DNA of 64,000 bases from an uncultured Actinomycetota bacterium. GTDB taxonomy: Bacteria; Actinomycetota; Actinomycetes; JBEVHX01. Shown here in pieces: positions 30,047-40,345 of this stretch; the stretch's first letter is position 1, and every line of letters begins with the position of its first letter. The translations under genes and the position numbers were made by a program. Below the pieces are notes generated by a model that worked only from the letters and a program-made list of their open reading frames with translations, was not told the origin of the DNA and did not search any database. The DNA is taken from NCBI GenBank assembly GCA_963836025.1, contig CAWIIE010000005.1:202285-266284 (forward strand), read 5' to 3'.

Positions 30047-31469
30047 TCACGGCTTCAGAGTCCCGTATGCGGCCCTTCGCGCGTCGGCGTAGGCCGCGCG
30101 GACGTCCGGAGTCGGCGCTGACTCGACCGTCGCGAGCGACAACGTTGGCCACCGGGGCGGCTCGGATTCACCGCTGACCGCCCACGCCGCCTGCCGCGCC
30201 GCACCGAGCGCCACGTACTCCCCCGGCTCCGGGATCGTGATCGGTCGGCCGAGAATCGCGGCCGCGATGCGCTGCACCGCCAGTGAGCGCGCAGCCCCAC
30301 CGACCAGCAGCACCCGCTGCGGTTCGACGCCGGCAGCGAGCACGGCGTCGTAGGCGTCCGCGAGCCCGCAGAGCATCCCTTCGATCGCGGCCCGCGCGAC
30401 GGTCGACGGGACCATCGCGCTGCGGGTGAGGCCGACCAGCTGTCCGGTCGCGTCGGGCAGGTTCGGCGTCCGCTCACCGTCGAGGTAGGGCAGCAGCACC
30501 AGACCGTCCGCGCCGGCGGGCGCGTCCAGCGCCAGCGCGCTCAGCCGGTCGAGGTCGACGCCGAGCATCGTCGCCGTGCTGGTGAGCACGCGGGCGGCGT
30601 TCAGCGTGCAGGCAAGCGGCAGAAACCGACCGGTGGCATCGGCGAACCCGGCCACGAGGCCGGAGCCGTCGGCGCTCGGCTGGTCGGCGACCGCGAACAC
30701 CGTGCCAGACGTGCCGAGGGAGATCGCGACGTCGCCGCTGCGCAAACCGAGGGCGAGCGCGGCACCCATGTTGTCCCCGGTGCCGGCGGCGACCGCAGCC
30801 CCATTGCTCGTGTGCCCGACGATCTCGGCCGGCGTCGCGACCCGCGGGACCTCGAGCGACCGGCCGAACGCGAGCTCGAGCAGGTCGTGGCGGTACGCAC
30901 CATGCGCCGGCGACCAGTAGCCCGTGCCGGACGCGTCGCCCCGGTCCGTCGTCGGCTCGTCAGACGCCACCGGCCAGCCGCCAGCTGAGCCAGTCGTGCG
31001 GGAGCACGACCCGGGCCGCCCGCTCGGCCTCGTCCTTCTCGTGGTCGGCGACCCAGCGCAGCTTGGTCACCGTGAACGAGGCCAGCGGCACCGACCCGAC
31101 CGCGTCGGCCCACGCCTGCGGCCCGCCGAGTTCGCGAACCAGGTCGTCGGCCGCCTGCGCCGAGCGGGTGTCGTTCCACAGCAGCGCCGGCCGAACGACT
31201 TCGCCCTGATCGTCGAGCAGCACCATGCCGTGCTGCTGCCCGGCGACGGAGACCGCCGCGACGTCGTCGAGCAGTCCGCTTGCAGCGTCGGTCAACGCGG
31301 CCCACCACGCGGACGGCGGGCACTCCGTGCCGTCGGGGTGCGCTGCCCGCCCTTCGCGAACGACCTCGCCGGTCGCGGCGTCGCATACGAGGACCTTCAC
31401 GGACTGCGTCGAGGAGTCGATGCCGGCGACCAGCGTCACGACGGCCACCTTAGGCAGTTGGAGCTGCAT
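30047..31469 (-). pseudogene. xylB: Xylulokinase (FGGY family), one frame change
   Basis: '[36 protein letters not shown]' (ORF 30960..31814), then 'DASGTGYW..GTGDNMGAALALG..SLGTSGTVF..YLDGERTP..LVGGAARS' (ORF 30047..30970). Junction near 30965. Confidence 0.85.
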
Positions 31470-31814
31470 CACAGCCGAGGGACGAACCGCTTGCCGCGCA
31501 ACGCCTCCTCGACCAACCCGACCGCGCGCTGCGTCGCGAGCAGCCGGGCGCCCTCGCGCTCGCACGCGGTGAGCGCCTCGGCGAGCACCTCGGCTGCCAC
31601 CTGATCCCGCAGATCTGCCCGCAGAGTCGCGTATGCGGTGCGGCTCGCGGCCAGCGCCCCGTCGACGTATCGGGACGCGAACCGCGCCAGGACGACCGGG
31701 TGCCGGCGCAGCACGTCGTAACCGCGGTAGTCGGCCGGGCACTGGTCGAGCAGCCAGGCGACCGCCGACCGTTCCCACCCCGACGCGGCCGGCGGCCGGA
31801 CCTCCCGGGGCCAC
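31469..31814 (-). CDS. Hypothetical protein downstream of acn (start uncertain, probably one frame change)
   Basis: The coding-looking frame '[61 protein letters not shown]' has no ATG/GTG/TTG upstream of the GTG coded M of ORF 31469..31714. GTG 31814 is in another frame. The stop overlaps the xylB ATG by 1 nt. Confidence 0.3.
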
Positions 31815-31833
31815 CCCGGCGGCGTGGTCGTGT

Positions 31834-34557
31834 TCAGGAGGCAGCGAGCTGACGCAGGACGAACTGCATGATGCCGCCGTGCCGGTAGTAGTCCGCCTCG
31901 CCCGGCGTGTCGATCCGCAGCCTGGCGTCGAACTCGACGGCCGACCCGTCGGCCTTCTCCGCCCGCACGGCGACCGTCTGCGGCGTACCGCCGTCGTTCA
32001 GACCGGTCACGCCGGTCACTGAGAACACCTCGTCACCAGTCAAACGGAGGGAGTCGGCGGTCTTCCCCGCGGGGTACTGCAACGGCAGTACGCCCATGCC
32101 GATCAGGTTCGACCGGTGGATTCGCTCGTAGGACTCCGCGATGACCGCGCGAACGCCGAGCAGCGCAGTCCCCTTGGCGGCCCAGTCACGGGAGGACCCG
32201 GAGCCGTACTCCTTGCCGGCCAGCACGACCAGCGGAATGCCCGCGGCGGCGTACGACTGTGCCGCCTCGAAGATCGTGGTCTGCTCGCCGTCGCGCGTGA
32301 AGTCGCGGGTGAAGCCGCCCTCCACGCCTTCGAGCAGCTTGTTGCGCAGCCGGATGTTCGCGAACGTGCCGCGGATCATCACCTCGTGGTTGCCTCGGCG
32401 TGAACCGTAGGAGTTGAAGTCCCGCGGGCCAACTCCGTGGTCGGTGAGGTAGCGGCCGGCCGGTGAGTCCGCCTTGATCGCGCCGGCCGGGCTGATGTGG
32501 TCGGTGGTCACCGAGTCACCGAGCTTCGCGAGCACGCGCGCGCCGCTGATGTCCTCCACCGGCGCCGGCTGCGCGGGCATGTCCTCGAAGTACGGCGGCT
32601 TGCGCACGTACGTCGAGTCGGGATCCCACTCGAACGTGCTCCCGGTCGGCGTGGGCAGCGCCGCCCACAGCTCGTCGCCGGTGAACACGTCCGCATACCG
32701 CTCGGTGAACATGTCCGAGCCGATCGACTCGTCGATCGTTGCCTCGATCTCGGCCGGCGCGGGCCAGATGTCGCGCAGGTACACCGGCTCGCCGGCCTCG
32801 TCGTGACCGAGCGGGTCGGTCGCGAAGTCGAAGTCCATGGTCCCGGCGATCGCGTATGCGACCACCAGCGGCGGCGAGGCCAGATAGTTCATCTTGACGT
32901 CGGGGTTGATCCGGCCCTCGAAGTTGCGGTTGCCGGAGAGCACGGAGACCACGGCCAGGTCGTTGGCCTGCACGGCAGCCGAGACCTCCTCGGGCAGTGG
33001 CCCGCTGTTGCCGATGCACGTGGTGCAGCCGTAGCCCACGAGGTTGAACCCGAGCTTGTCCAGGTATGGCACCAGTCCGGACCGCTCGTAGTAGTCGGTG
33101 ACCACCTGCGAGCCCGGCGCCAGCGACGTCTTCACCCAGGGCTTGCGGAGCAGCCCGCGCTCGACCGCCTTCTTCGCCAGCAGCGCGGCACCGAGCATCA
33201 CCGACGGGTTGGAGGTGTTCGTGCACGACGTGATCGACGCGATGACCACCGACCCGTGGTCGACCTCGGTGGCGACCCCATCCACCGTGACCGGCACCGG
33301 CCTGGACGGGCGCGGCGAGTTGGATGCGGGCGCATCGGATGCCGGGAAAGACTCGAGCTCGGCCTCGTCGACGTCGGAGACGTAGTCGCCGATCGTGGCG
33401 CGGAAGCGCTGCTTGGCCTCCGACAGCGACACCCGGTCTTGCGGCCGCTTCGGGCCGGCGATCGACGGCACGACCGTCGACAGGTCCAGCTCGATGGTCT
33501 CGGAGTAGACCGGCTCGGCCGCCGGATCGTGCCACAGGCCCTGCTCTTTGGCGTATGCCTCAACCAGCGCGACCTGCTCGTCGGGCCGACCGGTGAAGCG
33601 CAGGTAGCGGATGGTCTCCGCGTCGATCGGAAAGATCGCGCAGGTCGAGCCGTACTCCGGGCTCATGTTGCCGATCGTCGCGCGGTTCGCGAGCGGCACC
33701 GCGGCGACGCCGGGGCCGTAGAACTCGACGAACTTCCCGACCACGCCGCGGTGGCGCAGCATCTCGGTGATGACCAGCACCAGGTCGGTCGCCGTTGCTC
33801 CCTCGGGCAGCTCGCCCGAGAGCTTGAAGCCGACGACGTGCGGGATCAGCATCGACACCGGCTGGCCGAGCATCGCGGCCTCCGCCTCGATGCCGCCGAC
33901 GCCCCAGCCGAGCACGCCGAGGCCGTTGACCATGGTCGTATGCGAGTCGGTGCCGACCACGGTGTCCGGGTATGCCTTGCCGTCGCGCACCATCACCACC
34001 CGCGCCAGGTACTCGATGTTGACCTGGTGCACGATGCCGGTGCCCGGCGGCACGACCTTGAACTCGTCGAACGCGCTCTGCCCCCAGCGCAGGAACTGGT
34101 AGCGCTCCTTGTTGCGCTCGTACTCGAGCTGGACGTTGCGCTCGAAGGAGTCCGGCCGCCCGAAGAAGTCGGCGATCACCGAGTGGTCGATGACCAGCTC
34201 GGCCGGCGCGAGCGGGTTGACCCGGTCGGCGTTGCCGCCGAGGTCCTGCACCGCCTCACGCATCGTGGCCAGGTCGACGACGCAGGGCACGCCGGTGAAG
34301 TCCTGCATGATCACGCGCGCCGGCGTGAACTGGATCTCGGTGTCCGGCTCCGAGGTCGGGTCCCACTGGCCGAGCGCGCGAACGTGGTCGGCGGTGATGT
34401 TCGCGCCGTCCTCGGTGCGCAGCAGGTTCTCCAGTAGCACTTTCAGCGAGTACGGCAGCCGGTCCGCGCCCTCGACGGCGGACAGCCGGTAGATCTCGTG
34501 GCTCGTGTCGCCAACCGTCAGGTCGCCCTTGGCCCCGAAGCTGTTCACGTTGCTCAC
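31834..34557 (-). CDS. acnA: Aconitate hydratase A
   Basis: Intact 907 aa. 'DHSV', '[26 protein letters not shown]', '[10 protein letters not shown]', '[12 protein letters not shown]', 'SGNRNFEGR'. GTG start after GGAGGAG. Confidence 0.97.
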   Translation of the reverse strand: MSNVNSFGAKGDLTVGDTSHEIYRLSAVEGADRLPYSLKVLLENLLRTEDGANITADHVRALGQWDPTSEPDTEIQFTPARVIMQDFTGVPCVVDLATMREAVQDLGGNADRVNPLAPAELVIDHSVIADFFGRPDSFERNVQLEYERNKERYQFLRWGQSAFDEFKVVPPGTGIVHQVNIEYLARVVMVRDGKAYPDTVVGTDSHTTMVNGLGVLGWGVGGIEAEAAMLGQPVSMLIPHVVGFKLSGELPEGATATDLVLVITEMLRHRGVVGKFVEFYGPGVAAVPLANRATIGNMSPEYGSTCAIFPIDAETIRYLRFTGRPDEQVALVEAYAKEQGLWHDPAAEPVYSETIELDLSTVVPSIAGPKRPQDRVSLSEAKQRFRATIGDYVSDVDEAELESFPASDAPASNSPRPSRPVPVTVDGVATEVDHGSVVIASITSCTNTSNPSVMLGAALLAKKAVERGLLRKPWVKTSLAPGSQVVTDYYERSGLVPYLDKLGFNLVGYGCTTCIGNSGPLPEEVSAAVQANDLAVVSVLSGNRNFEGRINPDVKMNYLASPPLVVAYAIAGTMDFDFATDPLGHDEAGEPVYLRDIWPAPAEIEATIDESIGSDMFTERYADVFTGDELWAALPTPTGSTFEWDPDSTYVRKPPYFEDMPAQPAPVEDISGARVLAKLGDSVTTDHISPAGAIKADSPAGRYLTDHGVGPRDFNSYGSRRGNHEVMIRGTFANIRLRNKLLEGVEGGFTRDFTRDGEQTTIFEAAQSYAAAGIPLVVLAGKEYGSGSSRDWAAKGTALLGVRAVIAESYERIHRSNLIGMGVLPLQYPAGKTADSLRLTGDEVFSVTGVTGLNDGGTPQTVAVRAEKADGSAVEFDARLRIDTPGEADYYRHGGIMQFVLRQLAAS

Positions 34558-34615
34558 GTCTGACTCCTCCGTCGTCGATCACGCGCCGGCGCGCCCATCC
34601 TGCCGCTTTCCAAAG

Positions 34616-34633
34616 TATCTTGACGTCAAGATA
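34616..34633. promoter_or_regulatory. Perfect 18-bp palindrome upstream of acn (candidate operator)
   Basis: tatcttgacgtcaagata, every position self-complementary. AT-rich. Centre is 67 nt upstream of the acn GTG (34557). Overlaps the stop codon (34626-34628) of the upstream methyltransferase gene. Confidence 0.5.
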
Positions 34634-35846
34634 TCAGGTAGAGGGCGACACACTCCACGTGGTGCGTCATCGGGAACAGGTCGAACGCGCGCAGGGCCGT
34701 CAGGCGATATCCGCCGTCCCGCAGGTATGCGGTGTCCCGGCCGAGCGCCGCCGGGTCGCAGGCGACATACGCGATGGCGCGCGGTGTCAGACCCGCAACC
34801 TCCTCGACCACCCGACGGCCTGCGCCGGAGCGCGGTGGGTCGAGGACGACGACGTCGGCACGCGCCGGACGATGGTCGCCCGGCCGCAGCCACCGGTCGA
34901 CGCGGGCATGCACGAGCCGGACCTGAGGCAGGTCGTGCAGGTTGCGGCGGGCGTCCCGGAGGGCGCTCGCCGACGACTCCACCGCCACCACCGAGCCGAG
35001 CGGCCCGACCCGCTCGCCGAGCACCCCGGCGAACAGGCCGACGCCGGAGTACAGGTCCACCGCCGCCTCCCCCATCGAGACATCGAGCGCGCCGAGGACC
35101 GCGTTGACCAGTGCATCCGCCGCACCCGGGTGCACCTGCCAGAACCCGGATCCGCTGACCCGCCAGTCGCGACCGGCCGCGCGTTCGGTGAGGTGCCCGG
35201 GCTTGCTCGCCTTGTCCGCCTTGCCCGCCGGTTCCGGCAGCACCAGCACGCGGTCATGGCTTGGTGCGGCGATCACCTCCACCGACTCCCGGTCGACCCA
35301 GGTATGCGCGGTCGCGCCGGACGCACGCACCAGGGGATGCGCGATCAAGCAGTCGTCGACGGGCACGATGGTGTGCGAGCGATGCCGCCGGAAGCCGAGG
35401 CGCCCGTCCGCGTCCACGGCGTACTGCACTCGGGTCCGCCAGTCGAGCCCCTCGACGTCACCGGGCACGGCCTCCACCTCAACGTGGACCTCGACACCAC
35501 CGAGGCGTTGCAGCTGCTCGATGACGACCGCTGCCTTCAGCCGACGTTGCGCAGCGATGGCCGCGTGCTGCCAGTCGCAGCCGCCGCAGCCGCCCGGATG
35601 CGCATACCGGCACGGGGGGACCACCCGGTCGTCGGACGCGGTGATCACCGAAACCGCGTCGGCCCGGAGGAAGCGCGACCCCTCGTGCCCTTCGGTGACC
35701 TGGACGACCGCCCGCTCCCCGGGCAGGGCGTGCCGGACGAACACCACCCGACCCTCGTGTCGAGCGACGCAGTGCCCGCCGTGGGCCACGTTGCCGACGT
35801 CCACCTCCAGCCGAACGCCGACCAAGGACGCCGGCTCCGGGGTCAC
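34626..35846 (-). CDS. TRAM-domain class I SAM-dependent RNA (uracil-5-)methyltransferase (RlmD/TrmA family, Rv2689c-like)
   Basis: C-terminal 406 aa of ORF 34626..38471. Fe-S Cys cluster 'CRYAHPGGCGGCDWQH', 'VDLYSGVGLFAG', 'VVLDPPRSGAG', 'YVACDPAALGRD', 'DLFPMTHHVECV'. GTGA overlap with the permease stop. Confidence 0.85.
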   Translation of the reverse strand: MTPEPASLVGVRLEVDVGNVAHGGHCVARHEGRVVFVRHALPGERAVVQVTEGHEGSRFLRADAVSVITASDDRVVPPCRYAHPGGCGGCDWQHAAIAAQRRLKAAVVIEQLQRLGGVEVHVEVEAVPGDVEGLDWRTRVQYAVDADGRLGFRRHRSHTIVPVDDCLIAHPLVRASGATAHTWVDRESVEVIAAPSHDRVLVLPEPAGKADKASKPGHLTERAAGRDWRVSGSGFWQVHPGAADALVNAVLGALDVSMGEAAVDLYSGVGLFAGVLGERVGPLGSVVAVESSASALRDARRNLHDLPQVRLVHARVDRWLRPGDHRPARADVVVLDPPRSGAGRRVVEEVAGLTPRAIAYVACDPAALGRDTAYLRDGGYRLTALRAFDLFPMTHHVECVALYLIS

Positions 35847-37822
35847 AGCTCGCCGCGGCGGATCGCACCGGGCCCCGGCGCCTCCGGCCGGTCCTCCAGG
35901 CCTTCGGACGACCGCAGCTGCCACGGCACAGACGCGACCATGACCCCGGGGGTAAACAACAACCGGCCCTTGAGCCGCAACGCGCTCTGGTTGTGCAGCA
36001 GCTGCTCCCACCAGCGGCCGACGACGTACTCCGGGATGTAGACCATGACGACGTCGCGTGGGCTCTCCCGCCGAATCGATCTGACGTAGTCGATCAACGG
36101 CCGGGTGACCTCGCGGTAGGGCGAGTCGAGCACCTTGAGCGGGACTGGAATCCCGCGCTGATCCCACTCGCGCTGCAGGCTCGCCGTGTCGGGCGGGTCG
36201 ACGTCGACGGTGATCGCCTCGATCGTGGTCGGCCGAGTCGCGCGCGCATACGCCAGTGCCCGCATTGTGGGCCGGTGGATCTTCGAGACCAGCACCACCG
36301 CGTGCACCCGCGACGGAAGCGTCGTGGCATCGCTGTCGTCCACGACCAGCTCCTGTCGAACCCGGTCGTAGTGCCGCCGGATCGACATCATCAGCCAGTA
36401 GAGCAACGGCATCGCGATACACACGATCCATGCGCCCTTGGTGAACTTCGTGACCAGCACGATCACGAGCACGGTCCCGCACAGGACGAACCCGACCGAG
36501 TTGATCACCCTCGAGCGCACCATGTGCCGTCGTCGGTCGGACCGGTCCTCCGTGCGCAGGAGCCGTGTCCAGTGCCGGATCATCCCGAGCTGGCTCAAGG
36601 TGAACGAGACGAAGACGCCGATGATGTAGAGCTGGATCAGTTGGGTGACCTGGGCGTCGAACGCCCAGATGAGCAGCCCGGCCATCACGGCCAGCAACAC
36701 GATGCCGTTGCTGAAGGCCAGCCGGTCGCCGCGGGTATGCAGCTGTCGCGGCAGGTAGCCGTCGCGGGCCAGGATCGAGCCGAGCACCGGGAAGCCGTTG
36801 AACGCGGTGTTCGCCGCCAACACCAGGATCAGCGCGGTCGCGAACGAGACGTAGTAGAAGCCCAGCGACGAGCCGCCGAAAACCGCGTCGGCCACCTGTG
36901 CGATCACGGTCTGCTGCACCTCCCCCTCCGGCAGGCCGACCAGGTCCTCGGGGATCTCGACGTACTTGACGTCGGTGTACAGCGCCAGCCAGGTGATCGA
37001 GACGAACATCGTCATCGAGATCAGGCCGAGCAGCAGCAGCGTCGTCGCAGCGTTGCGCGACTTCGGCTCCTGGAACGCAGGGACGCCGTTGCTGATCGCC
37101 TCGACCCCGGTCAGTGCCGTCGTGCCCGAGGAGAAGGCGCGGGCCACGATGAACAGCAGGGCCAGGCCGGCGAAGGTGTCCTCCGGGACGATCTCCCAGT
37201 CCGCGCTCGGCGCCTGCAGCTCGTCTCCCTGCGCGATCCGCCACAGCGCGTACCCGACCATGCCGAAGATGCCGAGCATGAACCCGTACGTGGGGATGGC
37301 GAACAGGGTCCCGCTCTCGCGGACGCCGCGCAGGTTCATCACCGTGAGCAGGGTGATCAGCCCGATCGACATCGCGACGGCATGCTCGTCCACCGCTGCA
37401 TATGCGGAGCCGAGGTTGTCGACGGCGGCGGCGATCGAGACCGCGACCGTCATCGTGTAGTCGACCATCAGTGCGCTTGCGACGAAGACCCCGGCCCGCC
37501 GACCGAGGTTGGTCGTCACAACCTCGTAGTCGCCACCGCCGCTCGGGTAGGCGTGGACGTTCTGCCGGTAGGACGCGACGACGACGAAGTAGATGAGCAC
37601 CACCCCGGCGGCGACCCATGGTCCGTAGGTGCTGTAGTACGCGAACCCGCCGAGCGACAGGACGAGCAGGATCTCCTGGGTCGCGTAGGCATTGGACGAC
37701 AGCGCGTCGCTGGCGAAGACCGGCAGCGCGATCCGTTTCGGCAGCAGCGTCTCGTGCAGCCGCTCGCTGCGCAGTGCCCGGCCGAGCAGGACCCGCTTCG
37801 TCGCGTCGCTGAGCGTGGACAC
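35843..37822 (-). CDS. APC-superfamily amino-acid permease with C-terminal cytoplasmic domain (Rv2690c-like)
   Basis: From GTG 37822 'VSTLSDATKRVLLGRALRSERLHETLLPKRIALPVFASDALSSNAYATQEIL..', about 12 TM helices. Intact. Divergent from the trkA pair, as in Mtb. Confidence 0.8.
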   Translation of the reverse strand: MSTLSDATKRVLLGRALRSERLHETLLPKRIALPVFASDALSSNAYATQEILLVLSLGGFAYYSTYGPWVAAGVVLIYFVVVASYRQNVHAYPSGGGDYEVVTTNLGRRAGVFVASALMVDYTMTVAVSIAAAVDNLGSAYAAVDEHAVAMSIGLITLLTVMNLRGVRESGTLFAIPTYGFMLGIFGMVGYALWRIAQGDELQAPSADWEIVPEDTFAGLALLFIVARAFSSGTTALTGVEAISNGVPAFQEPKSRNAATTLLLLGLISMTMFVSITWLALYTDVKYVEIPEDLVGLPEGEVQQTVIAQVADAVFGGSSLGFYYVSFATALILVLAANTAFNGFPVLGSILARDGYLPRQLHTRGDRLAFSNGIVLLAVMAGLLIWAFDAQVTQLIQLYIIGVFVSFTLSQLGMIRHWTRLLRTEDRSDRRRHMVRSRVINSVGFVLCGTVLVIVLVTKFTKGAWIVCIAMPLLYWLMMSIRRHYDRVRQELVVDDSDATTLPSRVHAVVLVSKIHRPTMRALAYARATRPTTIEAITVDVDPPDTASLQREWDQRGIPVPLKVLDSPYREVTRPLIDYVRSIRRESPRDVVMVYIPEYVVGRWWEQLLHNQSALRLKGRLLFTPGVMVASVPWQLRSSEGLEDRPEAPGPGAIRRGEL

Positions 37823-37877
37823 GTTGACTGATGCTAGGGGTGAGTCCAATCGCTCGGACTCTGGCAGGCTGGATGCC

Positions 37878-38543
37878 GTGCACATCGTCATCATGGGCTG
37901 TGGTCGGGTGGGGGCCGAGCTGGCCCACCGACTGGACGACTCCGGCCACAGCGTTGCCGTCGTCGACCAGGACCGAAACGCCTTCCGTCGGCTCGGCACG
38001 CACTTCGGCGGACGGACTATCACCGGCGTCGGGTTCGATCGCGACGCCCTCGTCGAGGCCGGCATTGAAGAGGCCAAGGCTTTTGCCGCCGTGAGCAGCG
38101 GCGACAACTCCAACATCATTTCCGCGCGGGTGGCCCGGGAGACGTTCGCGGTCGAGCATGTCGTCGCCCGGATCTACGACCCGAAGCGGGCCGAGGTCTA
38201 CCAGCGACTCGGCATCCCGACCGTTGCGACCGTGCGCTGGACGACGGAGCAGATGCTGCGCCGCCTGCTGCCCGAGGGGGCCACGGTCGAGTGGTCCGAC
38301 GCCAGCGGCACTGTCCGGTTGGCCGAGGTGCACACGCACCCGGCCTGGATCGGCCGGCCCGTGCGCGAGGTCGAGAAGGCGACGCCGGTTCGGGTGGCCT
38401 TCCTCAGCCGGTTCGGCGAGGGCGTGCTGCCCACCGACGAGACGGTCCTGCAGGAGGGCGACCTGCTGCACCTGATCGTGCGTGAGCGGGACGTCGGCCG
38501 GGTCGAGTCGGTCCTGGGCGCGGAGCCAGGGGGTGTGCGATGA
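37878..38543 (+). CDS. trkA: Trk system potassium-uptake protein TrkA (CeoB-like)
   Basis: GTG 37878. 'VHIVIMGCGRVGAELAHRL' Rossmann fold, RCK_C 'GDLLHLIV'. Intact. Confidence 0.9.
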   Translation: MHIVIMGCGRVGAELAHRLDDSGHSVAVVDQDRNAFRRLGTHFGGRTITGVGFDRDALVEAGIEEAKAFAAVSSGDNSNIISARVARETFAVEHVVARIYDPKRAEVYQRLGIPTVATVRWTTEQMLRRLLPEGATVEWSDASGTVRLAEVHTHPAWIGRPVREVEKATPVRVAFLSRFGEGVLPTDETVLQEGDLLHLIVRERDVGRVESVLGAEPGGVR

Positions 38544-39217
38544 GGGTGGCGATCGCCGGCGCGGGCAAGGTCGGGCGTTCCATCGCCGCGGAGCTGGTCG
38601 AGAACGGCCATGACGTCCTGCTGATCGACAAGGATCCGTCGTGCATTCGGCCGGAGTCGATCAGTGGTGCCGAGTGGATGCTCGCCGACGCCTGCGAGCT
38701 GGCCACGCTAGAGGAGGCCGGCCTGCAACGCTGCCAAGTCGTCATTGCGGCGACCGGCGACGACAAGGTCAACCTGGTGGTGTCGCTGCTCGCGAAGACG
38801 GAGTTCGGCGTCCCCCGGGTGGTGGCCCGGGTCAACCACCCGAAGAACGAGTGGCTGTTCAGCGATGCCTGGGGGGTCGACGTCGCCGTCTCCACCCCGC
38901 GGATGCTCAGCGCGCTCGTCGAGGAAGCTGTCTCGGTCGGTGACCTGGTGACCCTGTTCACGTTCCGTCAGGGCAACGCGAACCTGGTCGAGCTCACCCT
39001 GCCCGCCTCGTCGCCGTATGCCGGTGTGCGGGTCGGCGACGTGCCATGGCCCAGCGACGCCTCGCTGGTGACGATCATCCGCGCGTCGCGGGTGATCACG
39101 CCGAGCAAGGACGACCCGCTCGAGGCGGGTGATGAGCTGCTGTTCGTCTGCTCGCCCGACCGGGAGTCGGACCTGGAGGAGCTGCTCTCGCCGCACCGGC
39201 GCGCCGAGTCCGCCTAA
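38540..39217 (+). CDS. trkA: Trk system potassium-uptake protein TrkA (CeoC-like)
   Basis: 'MRVAIAGAGKVGRSIAAEL', 'GDELLFV'. ATGA overlap with the preceding trkA. Confidence 0.9.
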   Translation: MRVAIAGAGKVGRSIAAELVENGHDVLLIDKDPSCIRPESISGAEWMLADACELATLEEAGLQRCQVVIAATGDDKVNLVVSLLAKTEFGVPRVVARVNHPKNEWLFSDAWGVDVAVSTPRMLSALVEEAVSVGDLVTLFTFRQGNANLVELTLPASSPYAGVRVGDVPWPSDASLVTIIRASRVITPSKDDPLEAGDELLFVCSPDRESDLEELLSPHRRAESA

Positions 39218-39240
39218 CCGGGGTTGTCAGGCGATCCGCG

Positions 39241-39945
39241 TCACGGGTGGCGCGATTCGTCTGACAGCTGCACGGCTTCGCCCGAATCCTCGGCTGGGTG
39301 GGGCTTGGTCGTTGGGACCCGCTTGACCAGGAGCCAGGTCAGCCAGGCGCCGGCGGCGAACAGCGGGATGCCCAGCGGGATGTTGACGATGCCGAGCGCG
39401 GTGACGGCGCCGGCGAGGTACAGCGGCAGCTGCACGGCCACCCGCAGGCCGAAGACGCCGACCCAGACCCAGGACGCCTGGGTGTAGACCTTGCGCCGCA
39501 CCGGGTCCTGTCGCCATGACGTCCCTTCCCCGAGGACGAAGCCCAGCAGCACCCCGATCAACGGCCATCGCACCAGGATCGAGACCAGGTAGGCGCTGGC
39601 ATAGGCGGCGTTCTTGAGCACGCTGGGCAGGAAGAAGTCCTCGGCCCGTCCGGTGCGGGACGCGACGAATGCCATGATGCCGACGCCGACCAGGCCGCCG
39701 ATACTGTGCTGCACGCTGCGCCGCTGCAGCAGGCTCACGACGAACAGCAGGACACCGCACCCGATCGCCGCCCACAGCGCGCTGTCCAGGTCCTGGCCGT
39801 TGAGGCCGTAGACGATCGCGAACAGGATGCCGGGGATGCCGGCGTCGAGGATGCCGCGCGGGCCGCCCATCATCTCGCTCATCTGCTGCGGGCTCTGCGG
39901 CAGCTGGTCCTGCCACGACGGTCGCGACTTGGGCGCCTCGCTCAT
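39241..39945 (-). CDS. DUF3159-like membrane protein (Rv2694c-like)
   Basis: Intact 234 aa, about 6 TM helices, conserved synteny. Confidence 0.6.
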   Translation of the reverse strand: MSEAPKSRPSWQDQLPQSPQQMSEMMGGPRGILDAGIPGILFAIVYGLNGQDLDSALWAAIGCGVLLFVVSLLQRRSVQHSIGGLVGVGIMAFVASRTGRAEDFFLPSVLKNAAYASAYLVSILVRWPLIGVLLGFVLGEGTSWRQDPVRRKVYTQASWVWVGVFGLRVAVQLPLYLAGAVTALGIVNIPLGIPLFAAGAWLTWLLVKRVPTTKPHPAEDSGEAVQLSDESRHP

Positions 39946-40313
39946 GGTTTGAGCTCGTATGACGGGTTGAAGATCATGCGCCGGCCCTGCTGGTCGGTGA
40001 TCCGACCGTGCACGACGATCCGCCGACCAGGCTCAATGCCGCCGATGCGCCGTCGGCCGAGCCACACCACATCGACCCGGCCGGAACCGTCGAACAGCTC
40101 GGCTTCGAGGGCGGGGACCCCGGCGCGCGGCCGCAGCGTCACCGTGGTGAGCCGGCCGGCTACGGACACGCGGGTGCCGTTGGCGCACTCGGTCAGCGGA
40201 GTCTGGCCGGCCGTGATGTCCACGTCCTGCCGCAGCTCGGCCGCCGCCTGCTCATCGCGGCTGCTGGCCATCCGCTTGAGCAGCCCGCGGAAGCCCGCCT
40301 TCGACTCGGTCAC
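39942..40313 (-). CDS. OB-fold nucleic-acid-binding-domain protein (Rv2695-position)
   Basis: 'VSVAGRLTTVTLRPRAGVPALEAELFDGSGRVDVVWLGRRRIGGIEPGRRIVVHGRI'. 4-nt overlap with the downstream gene. Confidence 0.6.
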   Translation of the reverse strand: MTESKAGFRGLLKRMASSRDEQAAAELRQDVDITAGQTPLTECANGTRVSVAGRLTTVTLRPRAGVPALEAELFDGSGRVDVVWLGRRRIGGIEPGRRIVVHGRITDQQGRRMIFNPSYELKP

Positions 40314-40345
40314 CGGTCAAGGGTAACGGCGCGAGGCAAACGGGA

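Noticed and set aside
34620-34629. The TGACGTCA core of the acn palindrome equals the eukaryotic cAMP-response element
   Set aside because: Coincidental. CREB-type bZIP factors do not exist in bacteria, and actinobacterial CRP sites have a TGTGA-N6-TCACA form that this does not match. The palindrome itself is retained as a finding, without that interpretation.
34626-38471. A 1281-aa ORF on the minus strand that would be the largest protein in the window
   Set aside because: Only its last about 406 aa (34626-35846) read as a real protein (TRAM/SAM RNA methyltransferase). The upstream about 875 aa are an Arg/Pro/Gly-rich alternative frame lying over the genuine APC permease gene (35843-37822, different frame). 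This is a typical high-GC shadow ORF created by the lack of stop codons.
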